A DNA stretch of 64,000 bases from positions 150,722,001-150,786,000 of the forward strand of contig OZ024740.1 of assembly GCA_964016885.1 (NCBI GenBank). The letters are read 5' to 3'. Below are positions 13,336 through 29,138 of this stretch, piece after piece; the first letter of the stretch is position 1, and every line of letters starts with the position of its first letter. Below the pieces are notes generated by a model. That model ran no database searches, had not been told where the DNA came from, and saw only the letters and a program-made list of their open reading frames with translations. The translations under genes were made by a program, and so were the position numbers. Source of the stretch: Eledone cirrhosa. Its lineage: Eukaryota.

Positions 13336-13957
13336 ATATGTTTCTTTTATTTGCCACCAGGGCATCAAAAGTGGGACAAGTACAATGGGGGGAGTTTACA
13401 AAACAAGGCGTCCTCAATAAGGAGGAGGCAATAACAATATATAAAAATAAAATAAAATATAACAAAAAATAAAATTTATAACAAAGTCCTCAATAGAGAG
13501 GAGGCGCCTTGGGGGGTCGCACACACCCCCGAAAAAAGTGTGCAACCCTTCTCCTCAGGAGCACAGAGAAGGGGTGCTCCCTTGGTCTTTCATCTTCCTC
13601 ACCTATAGTCTGATGTAGAGTGAAGGCCCATTCACACGGGCCATTCTCGCCACTTTCACCCATCTTTCATAGAAACGGCTGGGGTGCAGCACCTCTCTCT
13701 CCATCCTGATCCTTCTTCCGAAATGATATCGGAAGAAACGGACCAGTTGTTGGCCAGAGAGAAAGGTGTCTGACCTCAGTCCTTTCAGACGCGTCCACCA
13801 TACAACCTCTTTCGCCATGGCTATTACGCACAGAAACACCGCCTCTCCTTCGTTTTTGAAGAGGGGAGGCGGCTTGATCGTTACAATAGACTCGGTGGTC
13901 AACCGGATCGGTCCCACCCTTGACAGCAGTTGTTCGACATAGCCCCACAGATCGGCA
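13336..13957 (-). mobile_element. 5'-truncated Tx1-like LINE 3' end
   Basis: ORF 13603-13917 matches the C-terminus of ORF2 36565-40002; flanked by GGTAAATAGATA. Confidence 0.9.
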
Positions 13958-14062
13958 GGTAAATAGATAGATAGACAGATAGATTAATGCGAACATCTGG
14001 ACTGTACTGTCCTTCCAACACTGACCAAAATAGATTCTAGAACAATGTTTGTAACAATATCA

Positions 14063-14120
<58 letters not shown>

Positions 14121-14122
<2 letters not shown>

Positions 14123-14323
14123 TAATAGGAAAAGAGTCAGGACCCAGACGGCTGATCTCCGGCCGTTTCGACAGCTAGCTCCAAGCAGATCTAGCTGTCG
14201 AAATGGCCGGAGTTCTGTCGTCTGGGTCCTGACTCTTTCCCTATTACCCACTCTACTACCCTAAGTATTGAGTACTCTGGTGCGTTATGGTCCACCTGGT
14301 ATCTTACCACACCTGCTTTGTTA
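14121..14323. mobile_element. Fold-back HHR element, family C; other copies 40838-41033, 41041-41232, 44511-44596, 46441-46530, ~58960-59020, 63983-64000
   Basis: Inverted arms containing GAAACGGC...GCCGTCGGGGT, and a shared tail CCCTAAGTATTGAGTACTCTGGTG.GTTATGGTCCA. Confidence 0.8.
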
Positions 14324-14589
14324 GATAGATAGATAAATAGATAGATAGATAGATAAATAAATAGACATATATAGAAGTTTGTAAATAACAATAAATTCTA
14401 AAACCTATCTCTTCCTCAAGTCACTCAACTAAAACTGAATTTGCCAGTCCATTATTTGGATTTAACTATGTTTAGGGAAAATGTAAGGTGAATATGATGG
14501 AAAGAATCAATTAATGCGAACATCTGGACTGTACTGTCCTTCCAACACTGACCAAAATAGATTCTAGAACAATGTTTGTAACAATATCA

Positions 14590-14592
<3 letters not shown>

Positions 14593-14647
<55 letters not shown>

Positions 14648-15585
14648 CTATAGATGCACACATACATTAGCATATATGTATATATGTGAATATGTATATA
14701 TGTATGTATGTATGTATATATATATGTATGTATGTATATATGTATGTAGGCATGTATGTGTGTGTATTGTGCGTATGTATATATGTGTCTGTGTGTATGT
14801 GCGTGCGTGTGTGTGTGTATGCATACAGACAAACACAGGTGTGTGCGTGTACTCCTTCTCACACACACGTAAACATATATATGCACTGTGTGTGTATATG
14901 TTTGTGTGTGATCATATATATATATATAAAGCACGAATGCCTAATCGCTACCGTTGGCACACGCCCAAACATTTATAATAAAAAGGAAATAGCAGATTAA
15001 TAAAACTTGACTAGTAAACACATGCATACATACACACACATACCTACACATACATACGTACATACACACATGCATACATACACACATGCGTACATACACA
15101 CACATGCATACATACACACATACGTACATACACAAACATGCATACATACACACATACGTACTTACACACACAAGCATACATACACATACGTACATACACA
15201 TACGTACATACACATACGAACATACACATACGTACATACATACGTATTTACACACACATATGTACAAACACACGCAGATACAAACATACACACGCACATA
15301 CACACACATACATACATGCATACACACATACCTACATTCATACACATACATACACACATACGCATACATACACACATGCATACACACACACACATACGCA
15401 CACACACACATATATATAATAATATATACCCCTGAATGAATTGGTGAGGCCAATTCTAATTATTAGACCAACAAACTTTTCTATCAACCTCACCACCTCC
15501 AGTATTTGGTATTTATAAACATTTCTTTCCTTCATCATTTCCACCATTCATCACCCATATACATTGGAAATTATACATACATACA

Positions 15586-15619
<34 letters not shown>

Positions 15620-15950
15620 CATGCATGTATACATACGTACATACATACATACATCCACCCATACATACATACATGCATACAAACATAAATACATATATAA
15701 ATGCATGTATACATACGTACATAAGTACATACATACATATATACATACATGCATACATATATACATACAGATATACATACATACAAACAAATACATACTT
15801 ACATGCATGCATACATATATACATACATACAAACCTGAATACATACATACATACATGTATACATACATGTATATATACATATATACATACAAACATATAT
15901 ACATACAAACATACGTACATACATACATGTAAGTATGTATACAATGCATA
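14593..15950. repeat. Degenerate (TACA)n/(CA)n/(TGTA)n microsatellite field
   Basis: Directly visible. Confidence 0.9.
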
Positions 15951-16354
15951 AACAAAGTAATTTAATGTGGAGAAGATCAAAGAGGACCACATCGGTAAGC
16001 AGTAGGTCAGAAGCAGCTGTTTTCATCACTTTTTTATTTCATCACTATTATTCTTATTACTACGACTTCATCATTATCGTCAGCATCATCACAATAACTA
16101 TTACAGCTAGTATCACCAACACCATCACCTCTATCACACCAACTACCACTGCCACTCTCTAGTGTCATCACTCTTACCACCATGCTATGTTATTTTATCA
16201 TGGCCTTAATCGCCACCTATACAGTGTTCATCATCATTGTCCTGATCTTTATCAGAATTATCATCCTAATCACCACCAACAACACTAACGCCAATACCAC
16301 CACCACCACCACCACCACAACCACAACTACAATCATCATCATCATCATCAAGAC

Positions 16355-16410
<56 letters not shown>

Positions 16411-19400
16411 CCATAATCATCATCACTACCATCATTAATATCATTATGTTCATCACCATCAACAGCAGTAGTAATAGAAGTTGTAGTGGCAGCATTATTA
16501 CAACATCCTTACCGCGGTCGATAAAATAAAGTAGTAACAGGTAATTGCTGGCCTTGTTCCAAAAGTAGAAACAATTATTACAACGTTCGTCCCTTCAATT
16601 ATCGTCGGCAGCAGTTAGGAATGTTATTAAAGTCTAACATCCTGGAATGATTTAACAGAACATGCCCCAAAATGGGTTTGTAAATTCAAATGTACGTTGT
16701 ATCTTTACTACTGGTGAACAGATTATAGTAGAAAATTGTAGTATTAGCGTAAAAACCTCAATTTTTAATGTGATAGTCATGGTGTTATTGTGTACTTTCA
16801 TGAATGACTTGCTAGTGTGGTTTCATGCGGTATAGGAAGTTAAGTGTTAAAATATACAAAATGAACCAAAGTTCATACCACTAACAGACGTAATTACAAA
16901 TGACAAAACAGCTACAATGCCAACATCAATGTCATGAAGATAAAGCTGCTAAGTGGTTACTTGACCTAATCTTCTTAACAAAACAGCTTTAATGTCTAAA
17001 CAATCATTCAGAAGACATGATAAACTAATCCTAAACATAATGACAGAAAAGAAACCTGTGGTCATAGTTTGAATGCGAGTTGAATAGACAGAATTGTTAG
17101 AACGTCGGATAAAATACTTCGGGGGATAAATTAGGAATCTCTCTATGGAAGTGAATTGGCGGAATCATGTAACCGTCGTTCATAGTTACTCCGATAAACA
17201 CCCCTACCACAAACACCAACAACACCACCGCCGCAACTACTGACGCCACTGTCATCATAACCACACAAGAACGGTTTTCGTAACAAATGTTTTCCTAGGA
17301 TGTGGTAATTTTACACAGTTTTAACAATATTTATAGTACAAAAGGATAATTTGTCCTCCTATATTTGCAACTAATTCAAATATTCCACTTACTATTATAT
17401 GCATATTAATTGTCATGAAAAATTAAATAGAAGCATGTCAGCTGTATTGCAGATTAACATTTTAACTGGTGGAAATCAGTCCCCCACAATATCAATTTTG
17501 GCTCGCTGTGTCTCCTCATAATTGCACTTCTGAGTGTTTGAGTTTGAAACCCTTGCATTAGATAATGTAGTGTTACTTTTCCCTATAATATGAAGGTAAT
17601 GTCCACAGAATACGTTTGATTGTAGATCTGCTAATACAGAGCTGACATGTGGCTAAATAAAAAGAGCAGCAACATCAAATGGAACAGGTAAAGTAAGAGT
17701 TCCAAACTTACAAACAGAGCCACTATCAATAGCTGTTTCTAATTTGAGGGAAGAGCAAAGTTGATTAAATCAACCACTATACCGGTACTTTATTTTACCG
17801 ACCCTGGAAGTTGGACACGGTAGAGTTTGAACTCGGAATGTAAAGAACCAGAGAATATACCAGAATGGCATTTTCTCCAACGCTCAACCACTTCTGCCAA
17901 TCGATCACCCTGATAATGTTAAAAGAAATACTTCTAACATTAATGATAGAAACCAATTTACCACCACCACCACCACTAACAACAACACCAACAACAACAC
18001 CAACACCACCACCACTAACACCATGCCACTACCACTAACACAACAACAACAACGAGAAAATTATCCCTTTCCTTGTACCTTCCATCCTTCACTGAAATAT
18101 ATGTCCACTCTTGCCTGATATCAGAGATGGCATGCCCCCTCATCCATCATTCTGCCGTTACACTATCATCCACTGCTGCATTCATACAACCACCACCCAT
18201 ATCAGCACCACCCATTCACCATCAATATCAAATATTTTATGCACAACACTATGTTATATATACTTTGGACCCAGCCAAAATGTTACTTTCTTTGTTTATG
18301 AAAAGCGCAACATCATATTAACTGCTCGCCTTGAATACATAGAAATTAACTAAACATATTACATAATTCTAGATATTTTCTTCCTTGTTCTGGACACTTT
18401 GAAGTCATTCATATCTACTTAGGACCCCCTTTTAAATGGTGCTCGTTTATTTATAAATCTCGCTGCATTTAATACAAGCAGCGAAAATATGAAAGCAAGT
18501 TCATGAAAGGCGTTTAGTTTTGCAAGCTTACAGACGATAAGATGACCGATATTCTCGCCTCAATAAACAACACGTATCAACATGTTAAATCCTGTGTGAA
18601 GTTACACAATGTCGTATGCAGATTTACAACGGCTAAGTAAGCATGTGTGACTGACAGGTTGTGTGATGTATGCCTATACTGCACGAAGGTATACGAAATA
18701 CTCTAATGATATGAGAGGCTGTGTAAGAATATATAAAGATGTGTGGAATTGTGAGAAGCTGTGATAGCTGTGATAAGCAGAGGGAACATATATGACGTAG
18801 AAAAGGTACGACAAGCGTTGAATAGCTCTGTGAATTTGTGTAAAGCTAAGTAAAATCTGTATGATTAAACAGTGTGACTGTGTGTAATTGTGGACCTGGG
18901 TGACAAGCTGTATGAGACAGATAATGTATATAGATCTGTAAGAAGCTGTGTGAAGCTGCAAAAGATTGCTGAGTAAGACCGAGGTTGTAAGAGGTAGTAT
19001 GAAGCTGCATGCAACAGTATCAATCATTCAGTGTGAAGCTGAGTAATGAAATATGAGCGTGTGAGATCGTAGGATGCTGTGTAAATCTATAAGAAGCTAA
19101 GTTTAACTGTATTTAGAGTTTAATAACGTGTCATTCCCTTCAAACGAATCCGTTCTTCACTTTCATTTCGGTAGCTGACATTAGTTGGCATTTGGGCAAG
19201 CTTCTTTGTCGATTAATATGATGGCCTTCAAGTATTTTTTCCCAAACTAATAGATTTCTTCTCAGATTATCACTCCCCTCTCTATTTCTCATCTCTCTCT
19301 CTCTCTTTCTCACTCTCTCTCTCTCACTCTCTCTCTCACTCTCTCTCTCTCCAACTAATATATGTATGTATATGTATATCCATATCTATATCAATATAAT

Positions 19401-19416
19401 GTGTGTGCGTGAGTGG

Positions 19417-19494
<78 letters not shown>

Positions 19495-19495
19495 C

Positions 19496-19528
<33 letters not shown>

Positions 19529-19568
19529 TTGTGTGTGTGTATGTGTTTGTGTGAGTGTGTATTAGTGA

Positions 19569-19603
<35 letters not shown>

Positions 19604-19805
19604 AGTATATCCTGTTTAATATGGAAATTGCATCTGCAGGACTAGAACTGTTTCATTCAAAAGGAAAGCCCAGGGGCTTACCTGATGAATCCCTTTGAAT
19701 GAAACAGTTCTAGTCATATAGAAGCCATTTCTATTAAACATGATGTTTACACTCAACTAATCTATTGAGTACCTTATTTACTGTGGCTACCCCCCGATTG
19801 ACTCC

Positions 19806-19882
<77 letters not shown>

Positions 19883-20013
19883 TAGACCACCCGTGGCCCG
19901 TTGAGTCAGGTTCGCTTCAAAATATTTTTAAAAAAATCATGCTCACTTAAATAATTTTGAAATAATTAAAATATACACAGACATGTATATAATGTGAAAT
20001 GAAACTGGAAGGC

Positions 20014-20083
<70 letters not shown>

Positions 20084-20172
20084 GTGTGTGTGTATGTATA
20101 TATATAAATGTGTGTGTATATATGTGGGTGTATGTGATCTAGATGCACTAGTCATAGACACACACACATATA

Positions 20173-21055
<883 letters not shown>

Positions 21056-21099
21056 TATATACACACAGACTCATCTCTCTCTATATATATACACACACA

Positions 21100-21159
<60 letters not shown>

Positions 21160-21477
21160 ACACCACCAGCTCTCTTCCATTCTCCTTCTCTATCTCCTCT
21201 CCCTCTCTCTATGTCTCACATTCAATCTACTCTGTCACAACCACCATCTCTTCCTCTCTATCTTTCTCAATCTTTGTTTATGAAGGTACCCGGAAAAAAA
21301 CCCATATCTCGGGAACCCGTGTCCGATTTACGCGATACTTGTTTTATTCCATTTCAGGGGCAACTTCCTTTCTAAGTATTTTCCTATTATGCGCCCTTTT
21401 CGCTGTATTTCATTACAGACATGCAAGCAATCACAGACTTTCAGTAATATATAGATAGATAGATATAAAAATTCAGG

Positions 21478-21573
21478 ACCCCGACAATTGACCTCCGGCC
21501 GTTTCAACAGCTAGATCCAAACTGAAGCCCCGATATTCGAGCAGCGGGAATCTAGCTAATCTCCTCAGAGGGT
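21478..21573 (-). ncRNA. Complete type I HHR of family C
   Basis: Reverse strand: accct-CTGAGGA-gattagctagat...atctagctgtt-GAAA-cggccggaggtcaattg-TC-ggggt. Confidence 0.65.
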
Positions 21574-22460
21574 ACACTCCATATATGGGTAGACAGTTTG
21601 TGCATAAATAATCTTTAAAGTTCTCTTGTTTTTTATTTTTTTCAGGGAGTGGTCAGTGATCGAGTTTTTTAAAATATTTATTCAAATGTACGTCCTCATA
21701 AAGATTTAGTCCGGTTTTAGTCCTGCTTTTATGATGATAAATTCTGAAATTATTTTTATCTAAGGCTGTGGATAGCTATGTCCATCGTAGCATCAACGAC
21801 TTGGTCGGCTTCTTGATTTATTGCACTTATGCGGGCAAAACTTACTTTTGAAAAGCAGAAGAACTGCGAAACCGGTAAAGGAACCAAAATATATATATAT
21901 TTTTTTAAATAAGACTCCAGTTACATTTTTGTTTTCATCTTTTTTTCTTCACATATATATATATATATAAAAAAAAACATGAGAAGAAAGAAGAATACTG
22001 CGTGGTTGCACATGGGTTACATATGATAAAAATAGTCCTTCGTCAGTGATTTGCCAACCATCATTGATATTTCATCGCATTAAAAATCATATACCTCAGG
22101 TTGGTGCGAGCAATAACTAAAAAAAGCTATTAGGACACAAGTAAATCGCGTAAAGCGAGTGAGACAAGTAAACAACATAGAAGGATAAAAGCAACGCAAA
22201 TATGGGAATAAACAAGCAACATGGTTATCCGGTCAGCATAATCTGGGTGGATTTCATGAGCGATCACGATACAGACCGTCCGACGAGAGTGAGATGTGAG
22301 CAAGAAGAGAACCCACTACTAGCCAAATGGGAGGAAGTTAGAAGGGGAGAAACAGAGAGTGAGTGAGTGGAAGTGCGAGGAAGAGGTCAGTCGAGAGAAA
22401 GTGTAACTGACAGAGGGGGCGAAAGAGGTGAGAGCAACAGAGAGAACGGGGAAGCAGTAA

Positions 22461-22517
<57 letters not shown>

Positions 22518-22527
22518 TATCTATCTA

Positions 22528-22559
<32 letters not shown>

Positions 22560-22567
22560 CATATATA

Positions 22568-22640
<73 letters not shown>

Positions 22641-22646
<6 letters not shown>

Positions 22647-25600
22647 GTCAAAGATGTACATCCATATATGTATACTGAAATACTAGTATGTATATGAATA
22701 CACACACGTATACATATGTAGATGTACCAAGTTTTTTTTCACTGATCACTTTACTGTGAGTGGCCAGCTATTCTGTATGTAAACACACAGACAAACCGGT
22801 TTTTAGAGTCATACTGGTTTTTGAGGAAACACCTTTCCTCTATTCTCCAGAAAGCCAGACAAGGAGTATTGAACTAGTTTCGTTGTTGTTACAACTCATC
22901 AGCAATATTTACCTATCTTCCGGCCTCTCTAGAGAATCGTAAAAGCACATATCGCTATATGCTTTTTCTATGAAAATTAGTAGTGGGCAGACCAACTTGC
23001 ATAGAGTGTGAGTAAGTACCGGTTCAACGGAGACGATAAAAACAAATAACGAAACGAAATTAAATTTCGTTTCGTTTGTAACTCACTTTTGTATGACTGA
23101 CGCTCAAACAATTAAGTCAAAGATGTACATCCATATATGTATACTGAAATACTAGTATGTATATGAATACACACACGTATACATATGTAGATGTACCAAG
23201 TTTTTTTTCACTGATCACTTTACTGTGAGTGGCCAGCTATTCTGTATGTAAACACACAGACAAACCGGTTTTTAGAGTCATACTGGTTTTTGAGGAAACA
23301 CCTTTCCTCTATTCTCCAGAAAGCCAGACAAGGAGTATTGAACTAGTTTCGTTGTTGTTACAACTCATCAGCAATATTTACCTATCTTCCGGCCTCTCTA
23401 GAGAATCGTAAAAGCACATATCGCTATATGCTTTTTCTATGAAAATTAGTAGTGGGCAGACCAACTTGCATAGAGTGTGAGTAAGTACCGGTTCAACGGA
23501 GACGATAAAAACAAATAACGAAACGAAATTAAATTTCGTTTCGTTTGTAACTCACTTTTGTATGACTGACGCTCAAACAATTAAGTCAAAGATGTACATC
23601 CATATATGTATACTGAAATACTAGTATGTATATGAATACACACACGTATACATATGTAGATGTACCAAGTTTTTTTTCACTGATCACTTTACTGTGAGTG
23701 GCCAGCTATTCTGTATGTAAACACACAGACAAACCGGTTTTTAGAGTCATACTGGTTTTTGAGGAAACACCTTTCCTCTATTCTCCAGAAAGCCAGACAA
23801 GGAGTATTGAACTAGTTTCGTTGTTGTTACAACTCATCAGCAATATTTACCTATCTTCCGGCCTCTCTAGAGAATCGTAAAAGCACATATCGCTATATGC
23901 TTTTTCTATGAAAATTAGTAGTGGGCAGACCAACTTGCATAGAGTGTGAGTAAGTACCGGTTCAACGGAGACGATAAAAACAAATAACGAAACGAAATTA
24001 AATTTCGTTTCGTTTGTAACTCACTTTTGTATGACTGACGCTCAAACAATTAAGTCAAAGATGTACATCCATATATGTATACTGAAATACTAGTATGTAT
24101 ATGAATACACACACGTATACATATGTAGATGTACCAAGTTTTTTTTCACTGATCACTTTACTGTGAGTGGCCAGCTATTCTGTATGTAAACACACAGACA
24201 AACCGGTTTTTAGAGTCATACTGGTTTTTGAGGAAACACCTTTCCTCTATTCTCCAGAAAGCCAGACAAGGAGTATTGAACTAGTTTCGTTGTTGTTACA
24301 ACTCATCAGCAATATTTACCTATCTTCCGGCCTCTCTAGAGAATCGTAAAAGCACATATCGCTATATGCTTTTTCTATGAAAATTAGTAGTGGGCAGACC
24401 AACTTGCATAGAGTGTGAGTAAGTACCGGTTCAACGGAGACGATAAAAACAAATAACGAAACGAAATTAAATTTCGTTTCGTTTGTAACTCACTTTTGTA
24501 TGACTGACGCTCAAACAATTAAGTCAAAGATGTACATCCATATATGTATACTGAAATACTAGTATGTATATGAATACACACACGTATACATATATATACC
24601 GTTGAACCGGTACTTACTCACACTCTATGCAAGTTGGTCTGCCCACTACTAATTTTCATAGAAAAAGCATATAGCGATATGTGCTTTTACGATTCTCTAG
24701 AGAGGCCGGAAGATAGGTAAATATTGCTGATGAGTTGTAACAACAACGAAACTAGTTCAATACTCCTTGTCTGGCTTTCTGGAGAATAGAGGAAAGGTGT
24801 TTCCTCAAAAACCAGTATGACTCTAAAAACCGGTTTGTCTGTGTGTTTACATACAGAATAGCTGGCCACTCACAGTAAAGTGATCAGTGAAAAAAAACTT
24901 GGTACATCTACATATGTATACGTGTGTGTATTCATATACATACTAGTATTTCAGTATACATATATGGATGTACATCTTTGACTTAATTGTTTGAGCGTCA
25001 GTCATACAAAAGTGAGTTACAAACGAAACGAAATTTAATTTCGTTTCGTTATTTGTTTTTATCGTCTCCGTTGAACCGGTACTTACTCACACTCTATGCA
25101 AGTTGGTCTGCCCACTACTAATTTTCATAGAAAAAGCATATAGCGATATGTGCTTTTACGATTCTCTAGAGAGGCCGGAAGATAGGTAAATATTGCTGAT
25201 GAGTTGTAACAACAACGAAACTAGTTCAATACTCCTTGTCTGGCTTTCTGGAGAATAGAGGAAAGGTGTTTCCTCAAAAACCAGTATGACTCTAAAAACC
25301 GGTTTGTCTGTGTGTTTACATACAGAATAGCTGGCCACTCACAGTAAAGTGATCAGTGAAAAAAAACTTGGTACATCTACATATGTATACGTGTGTGTAT
25401 TCATATACATACTAGTATTTCAGTATACATATATGGATGTACATCTTTGACTTAATTGTTTGAGCGTCAGTCATACAAAAGTGAGTTACAAACGAAACGA
25501 AATTTAATTTCGTTTCGTTATTTGTTTTTATCGTCTCCGTTGAACCGGTACTTACTCACACTCTATGCAAGTTGGTCTGCCCACTACTAATTTTCATAGA

Positions 25601-25997
25601 AAAAGCATATAGCGATATGTGCTTTTACGATTCTCTAGAGAGGCCGGAAGATAGGTAAATATTGCTGATGAGTTGTAACAACAACGAAACTAGTTCAATA
25701 CTCCTTGTCTGGCTTTCTGGAGAATAGAGGAAAGGTGTTTCCTCAAAAACCAGTATGACTCTAAAAACCGGTTTGTCTGTGTGTTTACATACAGAATAGC
25801 TGGCCACTCACAGTAAAGTGATCAGTGAAAAAAAACTTGGTACATCTACATATGTATACGTGTGTGTATTCATATACATACTAGTATTTCAGTATACATA
25901 TATGGATGTACATCTTTGACTTAATTGTTTGAGCGTCAGTCATACAAAAGTGAGTTACAAACGAAACGAAATTTAATTTCGTTTCGTTATTTGTTTT

Positions 25998-26000
<3 letters not shown>
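22641..26000. mobile_element. Retrozyme-like array of 469-bp HHR monomers with one inversion, inserted in (TA)n
   Basis: Exact 469-bp period. About 4.2 units (22641-24593), an ATATA filler, then about 3.0 inverted units (24599-26000). (TA)n flanks. Confidence 0.88.
24722..24762 (+). ncRNA. Canonical minimal type I HHR (469-bp monomer); also + 25191-25231, 25660-25700 and - 22867-22907, 23336-23376, 23805-23845, 24274-24314
   Basis: tattg-CTGATGA-gttg-taacaa-caac-GAAA-ctag-TT-caata. Confidence 0.9.
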
Positions 26001-26031
<31 letters not shown>

Positions 26032-26559
26032 ATAAATATGAAGAAAAATAGATGAAATCGAAAATGCAACTGGAGTTTTATTTAAAAAAAAATATATATA
26101 TTTATTTGGTTCCTTTACCGGTTTCGCAGTTCTTCTGCTTTTCAAAAGTAGAGTTGAGACGGAGGGTCTGTGGTTTTTCTCACATCTGGTTGGTCTTTGA
26201 ATGTTACTTGTTTTATATGGAAAAAAGTGGCTCGAGACGCCAGGTTTTTAGAGAAGTAATTTGATTGGTTGGTCAATAATTATAATAAATTTCGCGCCAG
26301 TTCACGTTACAAAGTTCTTCAAACAAGGGGGGTGGGGGATCAGATTGTTTTTTCATATATGAGTGTTTGAATTTGTTTTTACTTAAAAAAAAGGGGCTCA
26401 CGAAGGCTTTTTTAAAATAAACGTAATTTGATTGGTTATAAATGAAATTATTGCTGTCACGTGGACAAGTTTTCATTAAATATCGGTCCCGTATTTGGAA
26501 ATCTATTCTGTAGCCTTTTTAGAGAATTTTATGACAAGCAAAAGATAATGGTCAAGAGA

Positions 26560-26978
<419 letters not shown>

Positions 26979-27106
26979 TATATAGTTATGTAATAAACAA
27001 CATAAGATAATTATTTCATTTACCAGTGGTTTAATACATATCTAATAAGCTCTGTAACCTACATAGTGCACTCTTTTTTCCTGTTCCTTTACGACGGAAT
27101 TACTTC

Positions 27107-27143
<37 letters not shown>

Positions 27144-27148
<5 letters not shown>

Positions 27149-27425
27149 ATATTAAATAAATGGAAACTATATTTATAAAACCATATTTATTTTATTATAT
27201 ATATTTCAAGGGTAACCAAGACAACATTGGTACGCTTTCATCAGATAAAATACAAAGTTTGTTTTATAAATAGAGACAAACCCATGAAAATCATACCTTA
27301 TCGGTTGGAAATTCAATGGATAGAATGACGAAAGCGTACCAATGTTGTCTTGGTTACACTTGAAATATATATAATAAAATAAATATGGTTTTATAAATAT
27401 AGTTTCCATTTATTTAATATCATTG
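27144..27425. mobile_element. Fold-back HHR element; second copy ~27572-27875
   Basis: Inverted arms. HHR on - at 27188-27252: tattttat-CTGATGA-aagcgtaccaa...ttggttaccctt-GAAA-tatata-TA-ataaaata. Second HHR on - at 27601-27660. Confidence 0.8.
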
Positions 27426-27514
27426 AATATTTACTCCAGTAACTGTTGAGTGCTCTAAATTAGTTATAAACATTTATGTTTGTCGGATTTCCAACAAATT
27501 AAATACCACTTCTA

Positions 27515-27572
<58 letters not shown>

Positions 27573-27947
27573 TGATATTAAATAAATGGAAACTATATTT
27601 ATTCTATTATATATATTTCAAGGGTACCAACACATTGGTACGCCCTCATCAGATAAAATACAAAGTTAGTTTTATAAATATTGACATATCTAGGAAGAAG
27701 ATCTTAACGTTTCAAGTTTGACATATCTTAACGGTTCAAATCTGACATATCCAGGAAGAAGATCTTATCGGTTCAAGTTTTTCCTGGATTTATCCAGAAA
27801 AAACTTGAATCGTTAAGATCTTCTTCCTGGATAAGTCAATATTTATAAAACCAACTTTGTATTTTAATCTGATTTATATATATATATATATAAATAACAA
27901 AATAAGATGCTGAGGTTACATATATCGTTTATATATCGTTTTATATA

Positions 27948-28002
<55 letters not shown>

Positions 28003-28039
28003 GTATATATACATATATATGTATATATATTATATATAT

Positions 28040-28095
<56 letters not shown>

Positions 28096-28098
<3 letters not shown>

Positions 28099-28486
28099 AA
28101 TAAGGACCCTGCGGAGTTGCAAATGGGTTACATATGAAAAAGGTTTGTCCTTCATCAGTGGTCTTCCAACCATCATAGGCATTTCATCGCTTTAAAGACC
28201 ATATACCTCCGGTTGGTGCGAGCAACGGCTAAAAAAAATCGTTGGGACACGTAAATAAAGGGGACGCTAGGGTAAACAAACAAAATGGTGAAGCAACAGA
28301 AAGTGATGAAGAAAGAGACAAGTCCCAGATTTCTATGAATTTAAAATCGGTGAAATCGTGAACGAGAGAATAAAGACCATCAAACCTGGTTGAAATGTGA
28401 GCAAGGAAGGAATTTCGCACAGGTCTAACGGGAGGAAGAAGGGGTCTGGTCTGCGAATTCGGTACACATAAGTTCTGTGAAATCGT

Positions 28487-28552
<66 letters not shown>

Positions 28553-29005
28553 ATTCATACCAGCTTGGCCAAGAGTGCGCGAGAAAAGAATTACACACAG
28601 GTCAAACGGGAAGAAAGAGGAGGAGGAGAGGTAGCGACAGAGAATGAGTGAGTGAAGGGTGAGGAAGAGGCTAACAGAGAGAGAGACTGCTAGAAAGGGT
28701 AAAAATACATAGAACGAAATAGACGGGTAGCAGCAGAGGAGAAAATATGTGTAAATATGATAATAAGGACGTTGCGGAGTTGCAAATGGGTTACATATGA
28801 ACAAAGTTTGTCCTTCATCAGTGGTCTTCCAACCATCATAGGCATTTCATCGCTTTAAAGACCATATACCTCCGGTTGGTGCGAGCAACGGCTAAAAATA
28901 GTCGTTGGGACACGTAAATAAAGGGGACGCGAGGGTAAACAAACAAAATGGTGAAGCAACAGAAAGTGATGAAGAAAGAGACAAGTGCCAGATTTCTATG
29001 AATAT
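28096..29005. repeat. Direct duplication of ~245 bp (28096-28342 and 28758-29003); diverged relative near 22000-22160
   Basis: Near-identical GATAATAAGGAC...GATTTCTATGAAT blocks. Confidence 0.8.
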
Positions 29006-29014
29006 AAATTCCGT

Positions 29015-29049
<35 letters not shown>

Positions 29050-29072
29050 TATATATATGCATATATATATGC

Positions 29073-29138
<66 letters not shown>

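Noticed and set aside
7646-16529. Many YI/CV/HT/poly-I/M ORFs (also elsewhere in the window)
   Set aside because: Translations of di-, tri- and tetranucleotide microsatellites.
28140-28200. CTGATGAAGGAC on the minus strand as a hammerhead (also ~28810 and ~22040)
   Set aside because: I could not find a correctly placed stem II partner and GAAA to complete the fold.
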